The notes under the pieces: generated by a model
The model's input: only the letters and a program-made list of their open reading frames with translations
The model's database searches: none
Told to the model about the DNA's origin: nothing
In this document: positions 1 to 13,552 of the stretch, in pieces
How positions within the stretch are numbered: the first letter of the stretch is position 1
How the letters are laid out: each line of letters starts with the position of its first letter
Assembly: GCA_051294375.1 (NCBI GenBank)
Contig: JBJCIZ010000744.1
Span: 2,055,252 to 2,119,251 of the forward strand
DNA length: 64,000 bases
Origin: Paraspadella gotoi
Taxonomy: Eukaryota; Animalia; Chaetognatha
Direction: 5' to 3'
Made by a program: the position numbers and the translations under genes

Positions 1-37
1 CAATGGTCTCTTTATGCCAGCGACCGTGACGAATCAC

Positions 38-112
38 GATTGGTCGGTGAAAATTAATTTCGCGTCGCTGATTGGTGGAAAACTGTCCTCGCGACGACAA
101 AAAATGGCGGCT
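38..112 (+). promoter_or_regulatory. Promoter-like motif cluster (2x ATTGG and a YY1-type AAAATGGCGGC)
   Basis: gattggtc at about 38, gattggtg at about 70 and aaaatggcggc at about 101, in a CpG-containing patch. Motif evidence only. Confidence 0.3.
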
Positions 113-3100
113 GTTAATTAATGGACTCGCCGTGGTTTCATCCGTGTGTCAGAGGAAGTCAAAGAAGCTATGATGAATTCGATTATCACTTCTGTCAATC
201 AATCCTTGGCCTTATTTTCCAAAAGTGCTTAATTTCAGCTTAATTTCAAAATTAAATTAGTTTTTAGGTTTAAAGTTTAAGGATTTGGTTAAAGATTAGG
301 AAAAAAATTGGGATATAACATTCAATATATACTACGTTTTAGGAATAAGCTGTCCAAATGCGGGGCTTTCGTAAAAATGTTAACAATGTGATTCAATTAC
401 ATTATACTTTTTAAAAACTTAAAAACTTATACAAACTAAAATTGGCTACAATGATCCATTTTTTGGCATCGAATACAAAGAATTGAAAAATTTTGCTATT
501 TATTTTTTTCTTTTTTTTTTTTTGTCTGTAGGAAGAAAAGTGGAAAGGAAATAAAAATGGAGAATCAAAATAAAATGAAAGAAAAAAAAGAAGAACTTTG
601 CACCGGAAGTGAAAAGAAAGAGAGAGAGAGAAACTGAAAGAGAGNNNNNNNNNNNNNNNNNNNNNNNNNNNNNNNNNNNNNNNNNNNNNNNNNNNNNNNN
701 NNNNNNNNNNNNNNNNNNNNNNNNNNNNNNNNNNNNNNNNNNNNNNNNNNNNNNNNNNNNNNNNNNNNNNNNNNNNNNNNNNNNNNNNNNNNNNNNNNNN
801 NNNNNNNNNNNNNNNNNNNNNNNNNNNNNNNNNNNNNNNNNNNNNNNNNNNNNNNNNNNNNNNNNNNNNNNNNNNNNNNNNNNNNNNNNNNAAAGAAAGA
901 AAAAAAGAAAATAAAGAAAAACAAAAAGGAAAAAGAGAGAAAGAAAGAGAGAAAGAAAGAAGGAAAGAAAGAAAAAAATAAAGAAAAACAAAAGAGAAAA
1001 AGAAAGAGAGAAATAAAGAGCGAAAGAAAGAAATAAAGAAAGAGAGATATAAAGAAAGAAAGAAAGAAAGAAATAAAGAGAGAAAGAAAGAGAGAGAGAA
1101 AGAAAGAGAGAGGGAGCCGGAATGGAGTCAATTTGGCGGGAACCGCTTTTCAATGGAGTTTCACGATATGAAGACTTGAAAAAGAAAAAAGGTAATTTTG
1201 GAGGAAAGAAGAAGAAGAGAAAAGGAAGAANNNNNNNNNNNNNNNNNNNNNNNNNNNNNNNNNNNNNNNNNNNNNNNNNNNNNNNNNNNNNNNNNNNNNN
1301 NNNNNNNNNNNNNNNNNNNNNNNNNNNNNNNNNNNNNNNNNNNNNNNNNNNNNNNNNNNNNNNNNNNNNNNNNNNNNNNNNNNNNNNNNNNNNNNNNNNN
1401 NNNNNNNNNNNNNNNNNNNNNNNNNNNNNNNNNNNNNNNNNNNNNNNNNNNNNNNNNNNNGAGAGAGAGAGAGAGAAGAGTGGATGAGGTTGCCATGATC
1501 CTGTCTAAGCCTTTTGCAAAACCGCAGCTGCGACTCGATCGAAGGAAACGAATATGAGAAAAGAATTGGGTGGAGGTGGAGGGGGAGGAAGAGGAGGAGG
1601 AAGAGGAAGAAGAAGAGGAGGAGGAAGAGGATGAGAACAGGAAGGAGGAAACTCGGAAAAAACGTGACGTCAGACGAAGAAAAAATTAAACGCGTCTTAG
1701 AGAGAAAAAAAGTATTTTTTGATAAGAAAATATTTATAAACAGGGAATAGAAATAGTAATATTTTATGCTATCAAATTAAAAATAAAGTCAATTTCGTTG
1801 CGGCGGAAGAAAGCGATAAGATATTGAAAAGAATACGGAAGCGCATTCAGTTATAAAGATAAAGTAAAAGATTTAGAAAAGTGGCATGGGAAAAAAACAT
1901 TGGGGGGAAAAAACAATTATAATTAATTTAAAAACATTATTAACTTATTACCTGGATACCCTGTTACCCTCTCGATAAATACAATGTTCTTTTGTCTGTC
2001 GCGACACCTGGTGAGAAACATAAATCATTCAAGGAAAAACAAACAACAAGAGGCAGTTTGTGATTTTTAATAATTCTCATGGATTAGTAATTGAAATCTC
2101 TTATTTTAATATTTCTTTTTTTCTTTTTTCCTTTTTCTTTTTTTATCTTCGATGCTTTAACGTTTTTATTTCCGCTTCACTTTCGTTCCAGTNNNNNNNN
2201 NNNNNNNNNNNNNNNNNNNNNNNNNNNNNNNNNNNNNNNNNNNNNNNNNNNNNNNNNNNNNNNNNNNNNNNNNNNNNNNNNNNNNNNNNNNNNNNNNNNN
2301 NNNNNNNNNNNNNNNNNNNNNNNNNNNNNNNNNNNNNNNNNNNNNNNNNNNNNNNNNNNNNNNNNNNNNNNNNNNNNNNNNNNNNNNNNNNNNNNNNNNN
2401 NNNNNNNNNNNNNNNNNNNNNNNNNNNNNNNNNNNNNNNNNNNNNNNNNNNNCCGCCTCGCGCATTGTTTATCCTCGTTCAGGTCCGTGAAACTAACGAT
2501 TGCTTTCGCTTCGAAGAACAAAAAAGTAAAACGCAAAAAAAAAAAAATAGAATCAAAGGAAAAAAAAAAATCAAAAACAGCCTTTTTTTGTTTTTGTTTT
2601 TATTTTTTGTTTCGATTGACGTTCGTCGTTTTTTTAAATTACACTTTTTCTCCTGATAGTAGCAGTTGGACCTAAATTTTTACCTATTAATTGTAAATCG
2701 AAGTACGGCCATAAGAAATAAAAACGAAAAAAAAAAAATTATTTCTAAAGAAAAGAAACGAAATAAATGATATTTAATTCATATTCATAAATTTCTTTTA
2801 TATCGTTACCATTATATATTTCAGTTTGTAATGGGTACAGAAGGAAGGAGATGGGAAGTAAAGGGGAACAGATGGAAGGAGATGGGAAGTAAGGGATTGA
2901 GATGGGAGAATGGAAGATGAAGGAAAGAGTAGAAAAGAAAAGAGATGAATTGGGAAGGATTGAGGGAGGAAAGAGAGAGAAAGGGAGNNNNNNNNNNNNN
3001 NNNNNNNNNNNNNNNNNNNNNNNNNNNNNNNNNNNNNNNNNNNNNNNNNNNNNNNNNNNNNNNNNNNNNNNNNNNNNNNNNNNNNNNNNNNNNNNNNNNN

Positions 3101-5471
3101 NNNNNNNNNNNNNNNNNNNNNNNNNNNNNNNNNNNNNNNNNNNNNNNNNNNNNNNNNNNNNNNNNNNNNNNNNNNNNNNNNNNNNNNNNNNNNNNACATT
3201 TTATTGTCAATGTAGCGTCGTCCAGCGTAGGAGATTTTTCTCTCAATCTTATCTGATTTCGGGAAATGAGTTTTTTTTAATTTAAATTTGAAGTTGATGC
3301 AAATTTAAACAACTGTNNNNNNNNNNNNNNNNNNNNNNNNNNNNNNNNNNNNNNNNNNNNNNNNNNNNNNNNNNNNNNNNNNNNNNNNNNNNNNNNNNNN
3401 NNNNNNNNNNNNNNNNNNNNNNNNNNNNNNNNNNNNNNNNNNNNNNNNNNNNNNNNNNNNNNNNNNNNNNNNNNNNNNNNNNNNNNNNNNNNNNNNNNNN
3501 NNNNNNNNNNNNNNNNNNNNNNNNNNNNNNNNNNNNNNNNNNNNNNNNNNNNNNNNNNNNNNTTTTTTTTGGTCTCATTTCTTCTACTCTACTTTTCTTT
3601 TTTAATTTTTCCTTTTTCTTTCTTTTTCTTTTTTTTTTCTTCTTTTTCCTTCTTTTTTCCCGCCATCTTTTTTCTCTCCTTAGCGACGACACTTTAAGTG
3701 CAACCGGATTANNNNNNNNNNNNNNNNNNNNNNNNNNNNNNNNNNNNNNNNNNNNNNNNNNNNNNNNNNNNNNNNNNNNNNNNNNNNNNNNNNNNNNNNN
3801 NNNNNNNNNNNNNNNNNNNNNNNNNNNNNNNNNNNNNNNNNNNNNNNNNNNNNNNNNNNNNNNNNNNNNGACTAATATTCTATTTATTAATGTATTAATA
3901 ATTTTAGGCGACCTCAACAAAATCCCTAACTCAATCTTTTTACTTAAAAAACTGAATTTTACCCTAGAATGGGTCGCTTTTCGAAAATACATCCAATCGT
4001 TCAGTCAAACTGCAGTCGTTAAAACTTGAATAATAACCAACTGAATGATTATTCATTCATAAACTATTTTTTCACAACCTCCCCCCCCNNNNNNNNNNNN
4101 NNNNNNNNNNNNNNNNNNNNNNNNNNNNNNNNNNNNNNNNNNNNNNNNNNNNNNNNNNNNNNNNNNNNNNNNNNNNNNNNNNNNNNNNNNNNNNNNNNNN
4201 NNNNNNNNNNNNNNNNNNNNNNNNNNNNNNNNNNNNNNNNNNNNNNNNNNNNNNNNNNNNNNNNNNNNNNNNNNNNNNNNNNNNNNNNNNNNNNNNNNNN
4301 NNNNNNNNNNNNNNCCTCCTCCTCCTCCTCCTCCTTCTCTTCCTTCATTTCTTCTTTTCTTTTTCCTCCATCCGAACCGGACGATACAGGAAGTGGCGAA
4401 AAAGGAAAGAGAGGTCAACCCAAGAACGGAGTAAGAGAAAAATGAGGAGGGAGAGGAGGAAGAGGAGGAGGAGAATAAGAAAATAAACCAAAGTGTATCT
4501 CGTGTATCTACTCTACACTTTTATTATTAAAATAAAACAGCGTGAAAAACTCGCGTGAAATCATTACGACAAATGTAAAACTATACTCTAATTCCTTGAA
4601 GTTATATTGTTTTATATAACTTTGGACACAATGGACAGGGTATGATAATAACGGTGATGTGGCGTAATGTTTTTATAAACTGTTTCAGTTGTAATAATGA
4701 TGAATGAATAATGAATAATGAACCAATGTAAAATTATCCATTTATTCAATATCATTCGAGTAAAACAAGTAACATATTTTTCATGAAGGAATTAATGAAT
4801 TAAGGAAACCAGTTAGTGAAACATTTAAACCTACTCTTTTTCAACCCTCCCCAAATATTAACGCAGTCCGTACTTACCATACCGTGTCGCTGCCTTGGAA
4901 AGAATTTTCTCTGAGAGGGCGGGAGGGGGGGAGAGGGGGGCGTCAAAGCCAAGGTGACACGATGGCACCGCGGCGTCTGAGCGAATCGGCCTCCGAAGAA
5001 GAGAAAGGGAGGGAAAAGAAATAGAGAAAGAAACATGGCATGGCAAGTTCGAGGTGTTGCTCCGGGTTATCTTTTTAAATAAATGTAAAAAATGTATATA
5101 ATAAATATTACTTAATATAACTAAAAATAAAAATTACTTTTTTTTAACATGAAAAAGCTTTACAGTATATTAACTATCTGTTTAGTATCAAATAAAATGG
5201 TTCCATTTTTCATCAGCTATGAATATTTCAATCTGAAGTAGGTTGGAAGAAGAATGACCAACTAACAAGACCGGTAATTCAAATGTGTTGCGCTGCAGTA
5301 ACTGCCTTATCACGTCTATTAGCCCATGAATTTATGACACGTACTGCATCGGAATTTAGTCTTTTGTTTTTTATAGTTTTAGTAAGTGCGGCGCTAGTGT
5401 CACTTAAATTTGAGGATTTTTCTTTTTTGAGCAACCAACTATATGCGAGTTATAAGAATTTTTAACGTAAT

Positions 5472-5570
5472 TGGGACAGACCGATGGACAGTCATACCGA
5501 CCGACCGACAGACCGACCGAAAAGTGACTTATAGAGTTGCTCCGCCAAAAATTCGTGGCACCAGCTAAAA
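5472..5570 (+). mobile_element. Possible 3' end of a (GACC)n-bearing non-autonomous element
   Basis: A gaccgaccgacagaccgaccga tract followed by aaagtgacttatagagttgc...agctaaaa. Similar tracts occur at about 19320-19385 and 26082-26135. Confidence 0.25.
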
Positions 5571-5841
5571 AGAAGGGAAAATAAAGACATTAAGATGATG
5601 AGTTATGTACATATGAAAAAAAAGTTACTGGTAAACAGAAGAAAGAAAAAGAGAAGAAAAAAGAAAGGTTGGACAATAAAAAAGGGAAAAGAAAAATGTC
5701 AGTGAAGTCGCCCATATATTTATTGCTTTACAACTTTTTTTAAACAACCCTTATCTTTTTATCTCCCCCTTTTTTTTTAAACGCCTTCTCCGCGAATCTT
5801 CGTAAAAAAGGTAAGTGTTTTTACGAGTCTTACTCGACTGG

Positions 5842-5940
<99 letters not shown>

Positions 5941-6337
5941 GGCCTCTACTAACCTTTATACAATGGGAGTCTCTCAGAATTTTTGTAAGTATATAATTTT
6001 TTCTTTGAAATCTTATGGTTATTTACCTTTATTATTTACTTAGTTATCTTTCCGATGTCTACCAAGAATTTTTATAAACTCTTTCCGAAACATCTCCGTA
6101 TTTTGCTCCTTCCTCTTCCTCTTCCTCCTCCTCTTCCTCCTCCACCTCCTCCTCCCCGACGCCTTTTGTTTTTGATAAAAGTCGAAGTTGGCATCGAAGT
6201 CGCCATCTATATTGAGTCGATTCAAAAACAAAACTATTTATTTATTTATTTAGTTATTTATTTATTTAGTTTTTTTATTTTTTTATTTTTTATTTATTTA
6301 TTTAGTTATTTATTTATTTATTTATTTTTTTACTTTT

Positions 6338-6388
<51 letters not shown>

Positions 6389-6592
6389 GTTATTTATTTA
6401 TTTATTCATTTATTCATTTATTCATTTATTTATTTATTTTGAGGCGTCTTCTTAGTCATTTAATTTTCAATACATTACATTTTTTTAGATTTATTACATT
6501 TTTTAAACTTTTTTATCCATTTGTTTTATCTGGATTATCTCTTCGTCTCAATTCTTCCGGCGACTTTCCATTTTTCAATGACACACCGAGTA

Positions 6593-6647
<55 letters not shown>

Positions 6648-7129
6648 ATCTGCATCTCCCAACCCCCTTCCCGTCATCCCCAGTGAGGGTTCAGCATCGG
6701 GCCACATAAACTCATCAACTCGATTGTGGTCGTAGATGTCAACAAAGTTGATGAACATCACTCCTTTTGGGGGGGGGGGGCGGGATTTGCATTCTTTTAT
6801 AATGAATCTTTCTTTTGGTGGCGAGAATCTGGAGAATGGTGAGAGAGAGAGGGGAGAAGAGAGTAGGGAGAGAGGGAGAGAGTGAGAGAGAGAGAAGAGA
6901 AAAGAGAGTTAAATATTAAGTCACGAGGGAGACCCATTTTTTTTGCTTATTGTAGGAATACATCTAAGAGACTGATTGAACAAAAAGATAAGAACGAGAG
7001 AGAGAGAGAGAGTTCGAGCGAAAAATGAATTACAGATTAAGCGAAGAGTGCCCTGCTCAAATAGAGAGAAGAGAGAGAGAGAGAGAGGAGAGAACGAGAG
7101 AGAGAGTACGAGAGAGAGAGAGGAGAGGA

Positions 7130-7702
7130 GGTGGAGTGATGTTCATTACAACCTTTGTTTGACATCTACACACATCGAATGAGTTGATATGAAGTTTATG
7201 TGGCCCGATGAACTGGAACCCTCACTGGGTTGACAGGGAGGGGGTTGAGATAATGACAGAGAGAAGCAGGAAAAACTAGAGCGTAAGATGATAAGAGAAG
7301 AGGAGAGAAAGAAAGAGAGAGAAGTGAGATCAGGAAATACTGAGAATTGAGAGAGAGAGAGATGAGATGCGAGTAATGATGTCATCAACTTTCTTTACTC
7401 TACGACCCACATGATCGTATTGATGAGTTTTGTGGCCGATCTGAACCCTCACTGGCAGATTACTGCGAGTGGGTTGGGAGATGCGATAAAAGAGAGAGAG
7501 AGAGAGAGGAAGAGAGAGAAGAGACAGATGAGGGAGAGAGAGAGAGAGACGATGAGAGAGAGAAGGAGGAGCGAGAAGTGATGTATCATCAACTTTGTGA
7601 CATCTACCGACCAACAATCGATGTTGATGGAAGTTATGTGGCCCGATGGCTGAACCCTGCACTGGGGATGACTGGAGTGGGGTTGGGAGATGCAGATTGA
7701 AC

Positions 7703-7738
<36 letters not shown>

Positions 7739-8127
7739 CGAGAGAGAAAACCCTCACTGGGGATGACGGGGAGGGGGGCTTTGGAAATGCAGATGAAAAG
7801 AGAGAGAGAGAGACGAGAGAGAGAGAGGAAAGAGACGAGAGAGGAGGGAGAGAGAGAGAAGAAGAGAGAGAGAAGAACCCTCACTGGGGATGACGGAGAG
7901 GGGGGTTGGGAGATGCAGAATGAAAGTAGAGAGAGAGAGAGAGAGAAGTAGAGAACCCTTCACTGGGGATGACGGGAAAGGGGGGTTGGGAGAATGCAGG
8001 ATGAAGAGAGAGAGAGAGAGATGAGAGTAGAGAGAGGGAGTAGAGAGAGAGAGAGAGAGAAGAGAGGAGAGAGAGAGAGAGAACCCTCGCAGCTGGGGAT
8101 GACGGGAGGGGGGTGGGAGATGCAGAT

Positions 8128-8163
<36 letters not shown>

Positions 8164-9500
8164 AGAGTTTGAGAGAGAGAGAGAATCGAGAGAGAGACGA
8201 GAGAGAGTAAGAGAGAAACCCTCAACATGGGAATGAACGGAGGGGGGTTGGGACGATGCAGATGAAAGAGAGAGAGAGCAGAAGAGAGAGAGAAGAAGAG
8301 AGAGAGAAGAACCCTCACTGGGAATGACGGGAGGGGGGTTTGGGAGATGCAGATGATAAAGAGATGAGAGAGAAGAGAGAGAAGGAGAGAGAGAGAGAGA
8401 GCTAGAGAGAGAAACCCTTCACTGGGGGATTTACGGGGAGGGGGGTTCGGGAGTATGCAGATGAAAGAGAGAGAGAGAGAAAGAGAGAAGAGAGAGAGAG
8501 AGAGAACCCTCACTGGGGATGACGGGAGGGGGGTTGCGGAGATGCAGATGAAAGAAGAGAAGAGAGAGAGAGAGAGAGATAAGAGAGAGAGAGAGAGAGA
8601 GAGAACCCTCACTGGGGGATTGACCGGGAGGGGGGTTGGGTAGATGCAGATGAAAGAGAGAGAGAGAAGAGGAGAGAGAGAGAGAGAGAGAGAAGAGAAG
8701 AGAGAGGGAGAGAGAGAGTAGAGAGAGAAGACGAGAGAGAGAGAATTAACTCGGTGTGTCATTGAAAAATGGAAAAGTCGCCAGGAAAGAATTGAGACCC
8801 AACAGATAATGCCAGATAAAACAAGATGGAATAAAAAAAGATAAAATAATGTAATAAATTAAAAAAATGTAATGTATTTTAGAAAATAAAATAAATTAAT
8901 GAAATAAATGAATAAATAACATAAATAAATGATAATAATGTATAAATAAATNNNNNNNNNNNNNNNNNNNNNNNNNGAGGAGGAGAGAGGGGGAGAGAAG
9001 AGGAGAGGAGGAGAGGAGAAGAGAGAAAGGAGTGATGTCAATGCAACTTGTTTGACATCTCGACACAATCGATCGGTTGAATGAAGTTTATGTGGCCCGA
9101 TGACTGAACCCTCACTGCGGGATACGGAGGGGGTTGGGAGATGCAGATGAAAGACGAGAGAGAGAAGGCAGGAAAAAAATACTATCGTCCTGGAGCGGTT
9201 AACATTATAGGACTTTGATTAAGAGAAGAAGAGAGAGAAAAGAAAAGAGAAGAGAAGAATGACATATAGATTCAGGACAATACTGAGAATTGCCTGAGAC
9301 GAGGAGATGGATGATTAGAGATCGCGAAGTATAATGATCGTCATCAACTTTCTAAATCTCTACACCCACATTGGATCGTTTTGATGAGTTTTGTGGCCGA
9401 TGACTGAACCTCACTGGCAATTACCGCGAGTGGGTCTGGGAATGCGATAAAAAGCAGAGAGAGAGAGAGAGGAGACGAGAGAGAAGGAGACAAGACTGAG
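7130..9500. repeat. Compound tandem array: about 50-bp unit GAACCCTCACTGGGGATGACGGGAGGGGGTTGGGAGATGCAGATGAAA separated by (GA)n tracts, about 14 copies
   Basis: The unit recurs near 7216, 7442, 7651, 7749, 7875, 7952, 8081, 8216, 8309, 8412, 8503, 8603, 9105 and 9404. One reverse-complement copy sits at about 6645-6695. Confidence 0.9.
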
Positions 9501-9916
9501 GGAGGAAGAGCAGGAGAGAGATCCGATGAGAGACCGAGAAGCTGAGGAGAACGAAAAAAAAAGACAATAGCCCTCCTTGTTTATTCTCGATGCTCTTTTG
9601 TTCATGCATTTGACGTCACGCCTCGTTTTGAGGCCGAAAACTTCCGCCCGCGGTCGCGCCCTCTAAAGTCGAAGTGAAAAAATATTTCGCCTTTTTTTTT
9701 TGGTTTTCGAACGAAAATAACAAAATTAAAAAAAAGGAATTTCGGTTCTGGTTAATTTTGGCAGCCGGTTTTGAAAGTTCGTGCAGCCGTCGTTGCTATG
9801 GTTACAGATTTCGCTGTTTTTTTAGTACTACTTAGAATGACTATGTAGAGAAGAAGAGCAGAGAGAGAGGCAGATGCGAGAGAGGAGAGAGAGATGAGAT
9901 GAGAGACAGGATGAGA

Positions 9917-9955
<39 letters not shown>

Positions 9956-10098
9956 GACAGAGTAACTCCCCACATCTTTTCATGGCAGAAATCCAAGAAA
10001 GAATCAAAATCTCGCGAAGATTTAAGATTTTTTTTTTCCTTTTTTTTTCTTTCACAGAAGAAAAAAAATTGTGACGAGGATCAAACAATAAAAAAAAT

Positions 10099-10286
10099 GT
10101 GGTCGAGTGGTCGAGTGGTCGAGTGGGCGCCCGGTCGAGTTGTCAAGCGGTCGAATAAGGGAGTAGTAGAGTGATTGATTGATCGATCGAGCGGAGGAAA
10201 GGTCGAGACTTTAAATGATTGAGTTGTCGACTTCTCGATCGGTCGAGTAGTCAAGTCGTCGAGTAGTCGAGTGATCGAGTGGTCAA
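10099..10286. repeat. Degenerate 8-9-bp repeat array (TGGTCGAG / GTCGAGTA)
   Basis: Repeated ggtcgagt units are directly visible. Confidence 0.75.
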
Positions 10287-10344
10287 ATTATATCGCTCCT
10301 CCTCGATCCCTAAGATTCACAAGTGACGAAGGAGCACGATTTGT

Positions 10345-10950
10345 GGACAAAGTTGTGGCTTTTGTGGTTATTGTAGGGCGTGGCCGAGTGGGCCATTGGT
10401 TTGTGGGGGGCTGTTGTGTGTGCATCAGCTGGGCGGCGTGGCCGTAGTGGCACTGGTTGTTGGGGGCTTTGTGGTCATCATATGGGGGCGTGGCCCGAGT
10501 GGACCCTGGTTGTGGGGGGGCCTTTGTGGTCATAGGTGAGAGGCGTGGCCGAGTGGCCACTGGTTGTGGGGGGCTTTGTGGTCATAGTGGGGCGTGGCCG
10601 AGTGGCCAACTGGTTGTGGGGGCGTTAATAGTGGTCGCAAAGGTGGGTGCGGTGGCCGATGTGGCCACTGGTTGTGGGGGGGGCTTTGTGGGTCATAGTG
10701 GGAGCTGGGCGCTGGGAGTGGCCACTGGTTGTGGAGGGGCTTTGGTGGTCATAGTGGGTGCGGTGGCCGAGTGGGACACTGGTTGTGGGGGGGGGGCTTT
10801 GTGGTCATACGTGCGGGCGTGGCCGAGTGGCCACTGGCTTTGTTGATGGGGGGCTTATGTGGTCCATAGTGGGGGCGTGGGCCGGAGATGGCCAACTGGT
10901 TTGTGGGGGGCTTTGTGGTGCATAGTAGGGGGCGTGGCCGGAGTGGCCCC
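10345..10950. repeat. G-rich minisatellite, about 47-bp unit (GTGGGCGTGGCCGAGTGGCCACTGGTTGTGGGGGGCTTTGTGGTCATA), about 12 copies
   Basis: Tandem copies with scattered indels. Explains ORFs 10288..10560 and 10457..10846. Confidence 0.92.
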
Positions 10951-11470
10951 GATGCCTCATGATTCTAATCTTTTTTAAATCGCGTCGGATATAGTTTCGT
11001 TTCCGTTTCTTTCTAGATCGCTCGAGTTCCTAGCCATGATATGTTGACCGAAGGGAGTGAGGTGGCGGAGATGGGGGGGGGGGGGAGGGAAAGCGGGGGA
11101 TAATGGGGAGAATGGTGGGGATGATAGAGACCAGAAGGGGGGGGAGCAGAGCGCGAAGAAGTAATAATGGAAGAAAGAGGAGAGCGTCACGCCGGAGGTG
11201 AAAACTGACGCGTTTTGATTGTACGCGGAAGGGAATAGGAAACGGAGAGAAAAGGCAAAGGGAGGAGAAAGGAAGAAAGGAAAAGGAAGGATAAGGAAAA
11301 GTAAGGAAAGAAGGAAAGGAAAGGAAAGGAAGAAGAAACGAGAGAACTAGAAAAAAATGGATATTAAAATAGTAGGAATGAAAAACGAAGAAGAAAAAGA
11401 AACAGAAAAAGTTAAAAGAAAAAGAAAGAAGAAAAGAAGAGCAAAGGAACATAGTCCGCCTAAACGAAAG

Positions 11471-11536
<66 letters not shown>

Positions 11537-12024
11537 GAGAGGAGGGGGGGGCGGGGGGGTAAAAAGCGAGCCGTAAACGGGATTTCCGACTTCGGAAGAG
11601 AGGAATACAAAAGCTTCAGTGAGGATTAGGAGGTTATGACGTTCTTCGTCGCCCGCTGCATTGGTGAGTTTCCAAAAGGTGAGTGATGGGTAGAAGCGAA
11701 AAGAATGTGAAGATGTGAATGGATTTTGGTATTTAAAGTAATCAGGGTTAAGTAATAGTGATATTTATAAAAGTCGATAAAATTTAAATTTAGCGCATAG
11801 ATCATGAAAATAAAAATACTTATAAAATCAATATAAAAAGTAAATTTCAAAAAAATAACAATAACTTGATAATGAAGGTCTGTCTCTTGCACAAAAAAAA
11901 ATCAAAACTGTTTTCTTTGTTTCGTTTCTTCTTTTTGTTTCCATCTCGAAACAAGAGTGGCAAGAGATGGAACATCCAATAAAAAAAACGAATTGTTAGG
12001 AACTTGGAACCGGGTGGAGCTGAA

Positions 12025-12055
12025 ACGACGATGACGACGACGACGATGACGACGA

Positions 12056-12106
<51 letters not shown>

Positions 12107-12130
12107 TGACGACGACGACGACGACGATGA
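12025..12130. repeat. (ACG/ATG)n trinucleotide microsatellite
   Basis: Continuous acgacgatgacg run. Confidence 0.9.
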
Positions 12131-12338
12131 TAGTGACGCATCTTGCGTCGTCTTTTCCAGACGAAATTCGCGCCAAAAGTCGATGATTCATTTCGACGGG
12201 TGACTCATTGTCGTCGTTGTTGTCGTTTGAGAAATGATTGTTTTTGATTATATATTTCGGCGAAATCGATGCGAAGGAAAAAAAAGGATTGAAGGAAGAA
12301 AGGAGAAATGAGAAGGAGAATGAAAAAGAAAGAAAGAG

Positions 12339-12369
<31 letters not shown>

Positions 12370-12394
12370 GAGAAAGAATGAAAGAAAGAAAGAG

Positions 12395-12425
<31 letters not shown>

Positions 12426-12690
12426 GAGAAAGAAAGAAAGAGAGTGAAATAGTATGAGAGAGAAAGAACGGAAAAAATATAAAGACAAAGAAAAAGAGAG
12501 AGACAGAGAATAAGTGAGACAGAGAGAGAGAGAGACATGAAATCTTGTAAAATAGAAATGGCGCCGTGAAAGTCGCGAGAAAAACTGGGAATTGGGTTTT
12601 CCTCCTGTCAGTTTTCGTCTTCCGGTCACCGAGGAAGACACCTCCCCCCACTCCGCCCCCCTATCGACCGCCCCCCTCTCATCCGGCGCA

Positions 12691-13340
12691 GTCGTTCTGG
12701 ACATCGATAGCGAGGCCCCTGTGATATTTTCCCGTCATCCACCCTACTAAGCTCATATAGTGTAGTGCGTCTCTGCCTCGATAGCGAGGCCCTGTGATAT
12801 TTTCTGTCATCCACCCTACTAAGCTCATATAGTGTAGTCGTTTTGGCTCGATCGCGAGGGCCCTGTGATATTTTCCGTCATCCACCCTACTCAAGCCTAT
12901 ATAGTGTAGTCGTTCTGGCTCGATAGCGAGGCCTGTAATATTTTCCGTCATCCACGCCTACCTAGGCTCATATAGTGTAGTTCGTTCTTGCGCTCGATTA
13001 GCGAGGCCCTGTGATATTTTCCGTCATCCTCCCATACTAAGACTCATATGTGTGTCGTTCTGGCTTCGATAGCGAGGCGCCTGTGATATTTTCCGTCATC
13101 CACCCTACTAAGCTCATATAGTGTAGTCGTTCTGGCTCGATAGCGAGGCCCTGTGATTATTTTCCGTCATCACGCCTACTAAGCTCATATAGTGTAGTCG
13201 TTCTGGCTCGATAGGCGAGGCCCTGTGATATTTCCGTCATCCACGCCCTACTAAGCTCATATAGTGTAGTCGTTCTGGCTCGATAGCGAGGCCACCTGTG
13301 ATATTTTCCGTCATCCACCCCTACTAAGCCTCATCATAGT
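12691..13340. repeat. Minisatellite, about 70-bp unit (GTCGTTCTGGCTCGATAGCGAGGCCCTGTGATATTTTCCGTCATCCACCCTACTAAGCTCATATAGTGTA), about 9 copies
   Basis: Head-to-tail near-identical copies with no unique spacers. Confidence 0.95.
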
Positions 13341-13470
13341 GCGCCCCCTCTCCGCCCCACTCGACCGTACCTTTTTCGACTTCAACGGTCGCCGTCGTTA
13401 CCTTCACCACCTTCTTTCCTGGAAAACATTAGACTTACTTCACTCGTTCCTAACCTTTTTCTTGCTTTCT

Positions 13471-13552
<82 letters not shown>

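Noticed and set aside
7130-9500. CRISPR-like repeat/spacer layout
   Set aside because: The spacers are GA microsatellites rather than unique sequences, there are no cas genes, and the context is a spliced eukaryotic gene region.
12691-13340. 70-bp array as a CRISPR or as coding repeats (ORFs 12626..12951)
   Set aside because: Units are head-to-tail without unique spacers, and frames are interrupted by indels and stops.
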